Assembly (NCBI RefSeq): GCF_009914755.1
Contig: NC_060927.1
Direction: 5' to 3' (one strand)
Length of the DNA: 64,000 bases
Source of the DNA: the human T2T-CHM13v2.0 reference genome, Homo sapiens
This document shows positions 57,215 through 64,000 of the stretch, piece after piece. Position numbers and translations under genes: made by a program. The notes under the pieces were generated by a model. That model saw only the letters and a list, made by a program, of their open reading frames with translations, was not told where the DNA came from and made no database searches. Position 1 is the first letter of the stretch. Every line of letters starts with the position of its first letter.

Positions 57215-58533
57215 AAAATAACATTCTTGTTCTGAAAATGAGAACTCAATTTTTGAGCATCAAGTGAGGGTCACTGGATGACATCTGAGCTTCTGTCTAC
57301 TGGGGGAAGTGCTGATCAATGCCTACTCCAGGCCACTAACTGCAGATTACTGAAGATCCAATTTTGGAGCCAATGAAGACAAACCTGACTGTGTGTTAGA
57401 GACCCTTCTTCCATCAGGGTTGATGATAGGGTCTTAAGTTTGTCTTGTTGCCTCTAAGATCCATTGTCATTAGATCTCTGGACATCTGTATATCTATCAA
57501 GTAGCACCCTTTTCTGTTATTGTCACCTCTCAAGACTAGACTTAGCTCTAATATTTGACTTATTCACTTTTCAGATAAACTCCATAGCCCTTTTCCCTGC
57601 CTCTGTCAGTTGCTCCCCAACTGTATTTCCTGCTATATAGGGAGTCATGAGCTGCAGTGCTTCCTGACCAAAAGTATCACTAATGTTGCAGGATTTCTTT
57701 TTTGTGTCTCTTCCAGCACTTCCCCCTTTTGGAATTTTACACTAGCCCAAATCATGTCTAAATCTGTCTGAGGTCTGATTTTGAATTTTAGGTTGTTGGC
57801 CAATGCCAGAGGGTCCAGTGCCTGTGTCTTCTTATCCATGATTATTCTCAGCTTACTTCTCTTATGATATAGTCTGCTGAGCAGTCTCACCATCTCTTGC
57901 AGTCTGGATTGTGTGGGTTAAGACAGGGAACCTTTCAAAGAAAAGAAGTCATTTCAATCTTCCTTAGACAGCAACTTAAGATACCCTAGCCGTTCAAATC
58001 ATAACATTTCTAAGAAGGCAAGCAAAAATATTGTTAATTAAATATTCAATCTGTATTATAGCTAGCATATTAATTTTAAGTAGTTTTAATTTATAGTATA
58101 GTATAATTTTATTTATGTGAAGCATGTATTCTTTATAGCATAGAGTGCCCTCTTGTATAATCAATGTGTATGGGATATTTATACTCATTTTATTGGGCTG
58201 TGAGCACAATTTTACTATTAAACGTATGGAAGAATTTTATGGTTTTTTTATGACATCGTTGGCCTAAGCTAGGCTTACTTTTATGCCAAATCTCCTGTCA
58301 AGAACAGAACTCTCAATTTTAACATTGTTTCTATGGGAAAATACATAAATATATTGTGTCTTTCATGAACATCTGCTTGTCTATAATTTCAATGAAGCTA
58401 ATGGATGGAGAACCAGGTTTTCTTCTTGCTGTTAGAACTTTATTTCCTCCCTATGTTTCCCTTTTGAAATAATGATTTCACTTAAAATTACGTGGTTACT
58501 TTATATAGTGGTGGAGTCTTTTACTATGAGTTA

Positions 58534-59642
<1,109 letters not shown>

Positions 59643-60064
59643 AAAATGTGCCTGTATGTGTGTTTGGGGGATGTATGAGAGAATTGTTTGTATAAATGTA
59701 TTACAACCCCCCTCCCCAAATCCTTAATTAGAAAACAATTTTAATGAAGAATAAAGGTATTGAAACATAAAATAAAATTGACTTTACCTACATCTGTCTT
59801 TTATTGTTAGCACTTTAGCTAGCCATTCTTCTATCAGTGTATTTCAATTCCTAGCCCTATTCAGAGATGTAGGTTTTATGTGGCCAATAAGACCTGAAAT
59901 CATTCTCCGTGGTCCTCTGATATAAGACGGAGTCTGAGAGATGTAGATGCAGTGGATCATATCCTCAAAAACACTGGATATCTGGTGTTTGGTGTGGTAT
60001 TAAGAGTAGTTGTACCCAGGGCCTTATATAATGTGCAAAATAGTAAGAATTAGTGGTATACTAG

Positions 60065-60309
60065 AAAAGTGAGAGCTAAATAATGAGAACACATGAACAC
60101 ATAGAGGGGAGCAACACATCGTGGGGCCTATTGGACTGTGGAGGGTGGGAGGGTGGGAGGAGGGAGAGGATCAGGAAAAATAGCAAATGGGTACGAGGAT
60201 TAATACCTGAGTAATGAAATAATCTGTACTACAAGACTCCATGACACAAGTTTACCTATGAAACAAACCTGCACATGTAACCCTAAAGTTAAAATAATTA
60301 AAAAAAAAA
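60065..60309 (+). mobile_element. Old L1PA (L1PA13-like) 3' end
   Basis: gagggagaggatcaggaaaaatagc...aataatctgtactaca...aacaaacctgcacatgta plus A-tail. Confidence 0.8.
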
Positions 60310-62224
60310 GTGTTGAGCAAAAACTTGGAAGAACTATTCATTTTGGCAAATCATAATCTCTCTAAACTTCCATTAGTCTTTATTGTTGTGTTTTATCAAT
60401 TCCTGTAAGACGTAAAATTAGCTTTACCTTGACTTCATGTGTCAAACCACTTTAATATATTAACATTTTAATAAAAATAGTAAAGTTACATGTGGAAACA
60501 TACTCATTGCAACTTTAAGTTTTCCACACTTGGGGAGAGAAAAACTGTTAGGCCTAACCGTGCAGCCTTGAGTTAAACCAGCAATAAATGTAATTTGATA
60601 ATATAAAATTCTCATCTTCAGATTTATAAAGTATACGTGCTAAAATAATAAGATTTCATAAACAACAAATACTTAATCATCTTTCGTTTGTTATTGAAAG
60701 CTTTTAATTTACTGCCAATTGTTCTTTGTCATGATATATTGTAAAATAAAAATGCTCACAACTCTCTTTTTATACTAATGAAAAGTCATATAAATGTAAA
60801 AACTATTTCGTTTCATCCATGCAATGTTAATTTCCATCCAGAGTAAGCAAAATATTTCATATGCAAGCAGTGAATCTCGTATAGTCCCATTTTAAGGTTG
60901 TCAAATATTCTGATTTCAATCCTATTTGACCAATTTAAATTGCAATTTAAATGGTTAGATTCTACCATTAGATTTTAATTACCTTCAATTCTATCAGAGC
61001 AGGGTTCCACAGCTCTTTGTAGCAAATTCATTTCCTGCTTAACCAAAGAGACAATGCTCTTTAAATAGATTTTTCCCCTGCCAGTGCTTTCTCTGGAAAG
61101 AAATAGTTTTAATACAGCCTGTCGTTGTATTTTCTCCCGTACTTCAGGACAAATTTATGAATAAAATAAAGTAATGCACCATATAAGGGAAAGACAAGAT
61201 AAGAAACATAATAATGGTTACTTTGTGAATAAATACTTATTATTTTAAAAAATATTTGTGACTAAATGGCCCTATCATTTGAACTAAGAACCCTACATTC
61301 TCATAATAGTGTGACTTTGCACCTTTAAACATTTCTTTCCACAGATCATTTCCAATACAACATCTCTGGAGAGTGAGTGTATAATTGTATAATTAAATGA
61401 AGTGCATAGAGGAAAAGAAATCTGTACTAGTTGTACTGTGATTTCAAGCACAGCATAGAAAGAAATCATAGAGAAACCATCAGATAGTGCACATTTACAC
61501 TTACATGAAAATACATTGTAGAAGATGTAGCAATTGAGAGCCTCATCTGTATTCTTGATTTTAGCTATTACCACGCATTTCTGGACAACTCATTAATTGC
61601 TTCATGCCACCAAGGGCCCACTTAGCGCATTGAAGCAGTAACCTATTAAGTGATCCCAGGGGCCTGAAAGATTTAAGTTGGGCTCCAAAAGAAAACTACA
61701 ATAGTTGATACAGGATTGCTAAAAGTGAGACATGTTGGAAATACATTTTGTGACTGCATAACAATAACTTTGAGAATGCAAATATTGTCATGTGTATGGG
61801 TGGTAAGAGGAAAATGAATTTTGTCACTTAAGCCTTGAGGATTTTTGATATAACAGTTTCTGAGAGTGAAGGTGACTCTATCATGATGCTGCAGCACCTT
61901 GGCAGAAAAGCTTCCCATTATTTGCACACCATCATGTTTAAAATCTAGTGTGGTAAGAGATTGCCAATTTCTTTAAGTGGGATCTGTTGCCATTATAATC
62001 AAATATGACAGGCTTCTGGATAATAATTTAAAATAAAGTACTGTCTATCTTGAATCAAATAATGAATAACTTAAAAAGTCAAATTAAAATTTTTTTGTAA
62101 GACCTATATTTCTTGCACAAAATCAGGAAGATATAAACAAAGAGATTGTTTCTATACCCATCACTAACCAGTATTACAGAAGGCACTAAATGTTAAAGTG
62201 GTTGAAAGTTTCAAATTCAAACAA

Positions 62225-62400
62225 ATCTTGATTCTGTCACTTACCAGTAATATGATTTTGAACAGATTTCCTCATATTTTTTTAATGCCCAGTTTCCTCA
62301 TCTCTAAGATGGGAGTGACTACATGCAGTTGTGAGAATTAAAGGCGATCATCTCAGAACGGGGCCTAACACTCAGAATGTCCTCAATATATTGTTGGTGG
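62225..62400. mobile_element. MIR SINE
   Basis: cagtttcctcatctctaagatggg core. Confidence 0.6.
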
Positions 62401-63073
62401 TGACGATGATAAGTAGCTCTCAGCTAAGACTGAAATCTTTTGATTGCTCTTGTATTGTCCACGTTTAAACAGCAGACAGATACTTCAATTCAGCCTCTAC
62501 AATATCTCTCACATCTGTGCTTTCTTTTCAGTCCCACCCTTCTCCCCTAAATCAGGTACTATTCAAATGAGAAAACTTTGAATTTTGCTTTGTGTGAGCA
62601 CTTTGTAAATTACAACACACCATAGAATTTTAAACATTTTATTGAAACTTACCAGAACGATAGTAACTAATTAACTGGTATTCTACCTACCAGTCATTAC
62701 ACATCCTAATCCATTCTTAATGGTGCTGGCAGAGGTACCCTTTAAAGCCTATATTTTCAGATTACAACTTTACTCAAAACACTTCTATGGCCACCGGGAT
62801 CAGCACAGTGGATAATGTTCTATTGAACGTGGCCATTGTTTTTTGTTATTACCTCATCTTCTAATATTTTCCTCAAATCTCTCCAGCATCTTATTCTCCA
62901 GCGTGCAAAAAGATGCCATTCCTTGAATTTGTTCTAATTTTTCTTGACTTATATAACTAGTCAACTCTTTAGTTAATTGGACAAATATTAATTGAGGAGT
63001 TTTTCATATGTCCCCTCTCTCTACCAAAAGGTTTCTCTATTCCACTATTTCTATCCCCCAAATTCCACCTTTA

Positions 63074-63352
<279 letters not shown>

Positions 63353-64000
63353 CAAATTCCACCTTTAAATTTTCTTTAATTTCGCTTTCTCAGATCTCTT
63401 TGGTGGGAATCAATCTCTCCCTCGCCTGTTTTCCATTTTTTAGAATATATTCACATTCATCCTTCTACCTTAGTTTTTCATTCACAACATAATCTGAGAG
63501 GCCTGGGCAAGAATCAGGTTGCCGTGTTCTCTACAATGCTGAGTAGAGCATCTTTCGCAAGATAGGTGCTAATTCATGAGAGGAAATATTGTCTTTTTCT
63601 CTATAGATGTATTTACTAATACTAAGCTGCAGTTAAAAAAATACAGGAATAAAAAATAGAGCAACAGCTGGATTTAAAAAAAAAATCCCCAAACCCATAG
63701 GGGATAGAGATTGGCTTTGATGCCTCCTTCTCTTTTTTTAAATGTATTTCTCTTAAGCTGTATATTCCTTTGATATTTATTTTAACCAGAATTCAGTAGG
63801 ATAGAAGTGTTAGGTGAAGGTCATGGATAAAAGATGGAGGGAGAAACAAAGTTTCTCCCCAGGCCAAAAGCGTCACTGTGGACCAACATCTGAAATGTTT
63901 CACAAAGTCCCATAACAAATCCCCATTGTCATTCAGCAACTGCAACAAAGTGCATACATAACTCACTGACTTTTTTTTTCCCTCTTTTTGTCATTTGATG

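Overview
Primate, almost certainly human, genomic DNA: AT-rich, dense in Alu/L1/L2/MIR/MaLR repeats, with an AluYa5. The window holds the complete coding region of ZPLD1 (zona pellucida-like domain-containing 1, 'cupulin') on the + strand. Ten coding exons (1773-1878, 16200-16420, 19474-19655, 21070-21142, 25573-25670, 27464-27544, 32261-32432, 33691-33799, 40309-40338, 40740-40915) all have GT-AG boundaries. They join in phase to 1248 nt, giving 415 aa plus stop: signal peptide, ZP module, RERR furin site, TM helix, short tail. A ~2.2 kb 3' UTR follows, then ~21 kb of repeat-rich intergenic DNA. Almost all ORFs in the supplied track are spurious or repeat-derived. I see no evidence of a new multi-gene biological system. 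The most unusual item is a chimeric retro-insertion at 58582-59658: a tail-less AluY right arm fused directly to an L1PA2 3' end inside one 16-bp target-site duplication, the signature of a reverse-transcriptase template switch. Also notable are a 5'-truncated LTR12 that keeps a TSD and points antisense at ZPLD1, a twin-primed inverted L1, an old ~190-bp direct duplication bracketing one coding exon, a 30-nt in-frame microexon, and candidate 5'-UTR exons loaded with uORFs. Repeat subfamily names come from recalled consensus sequences, not a RepeatMasker run, and the boundaries of old repeats are approximate.
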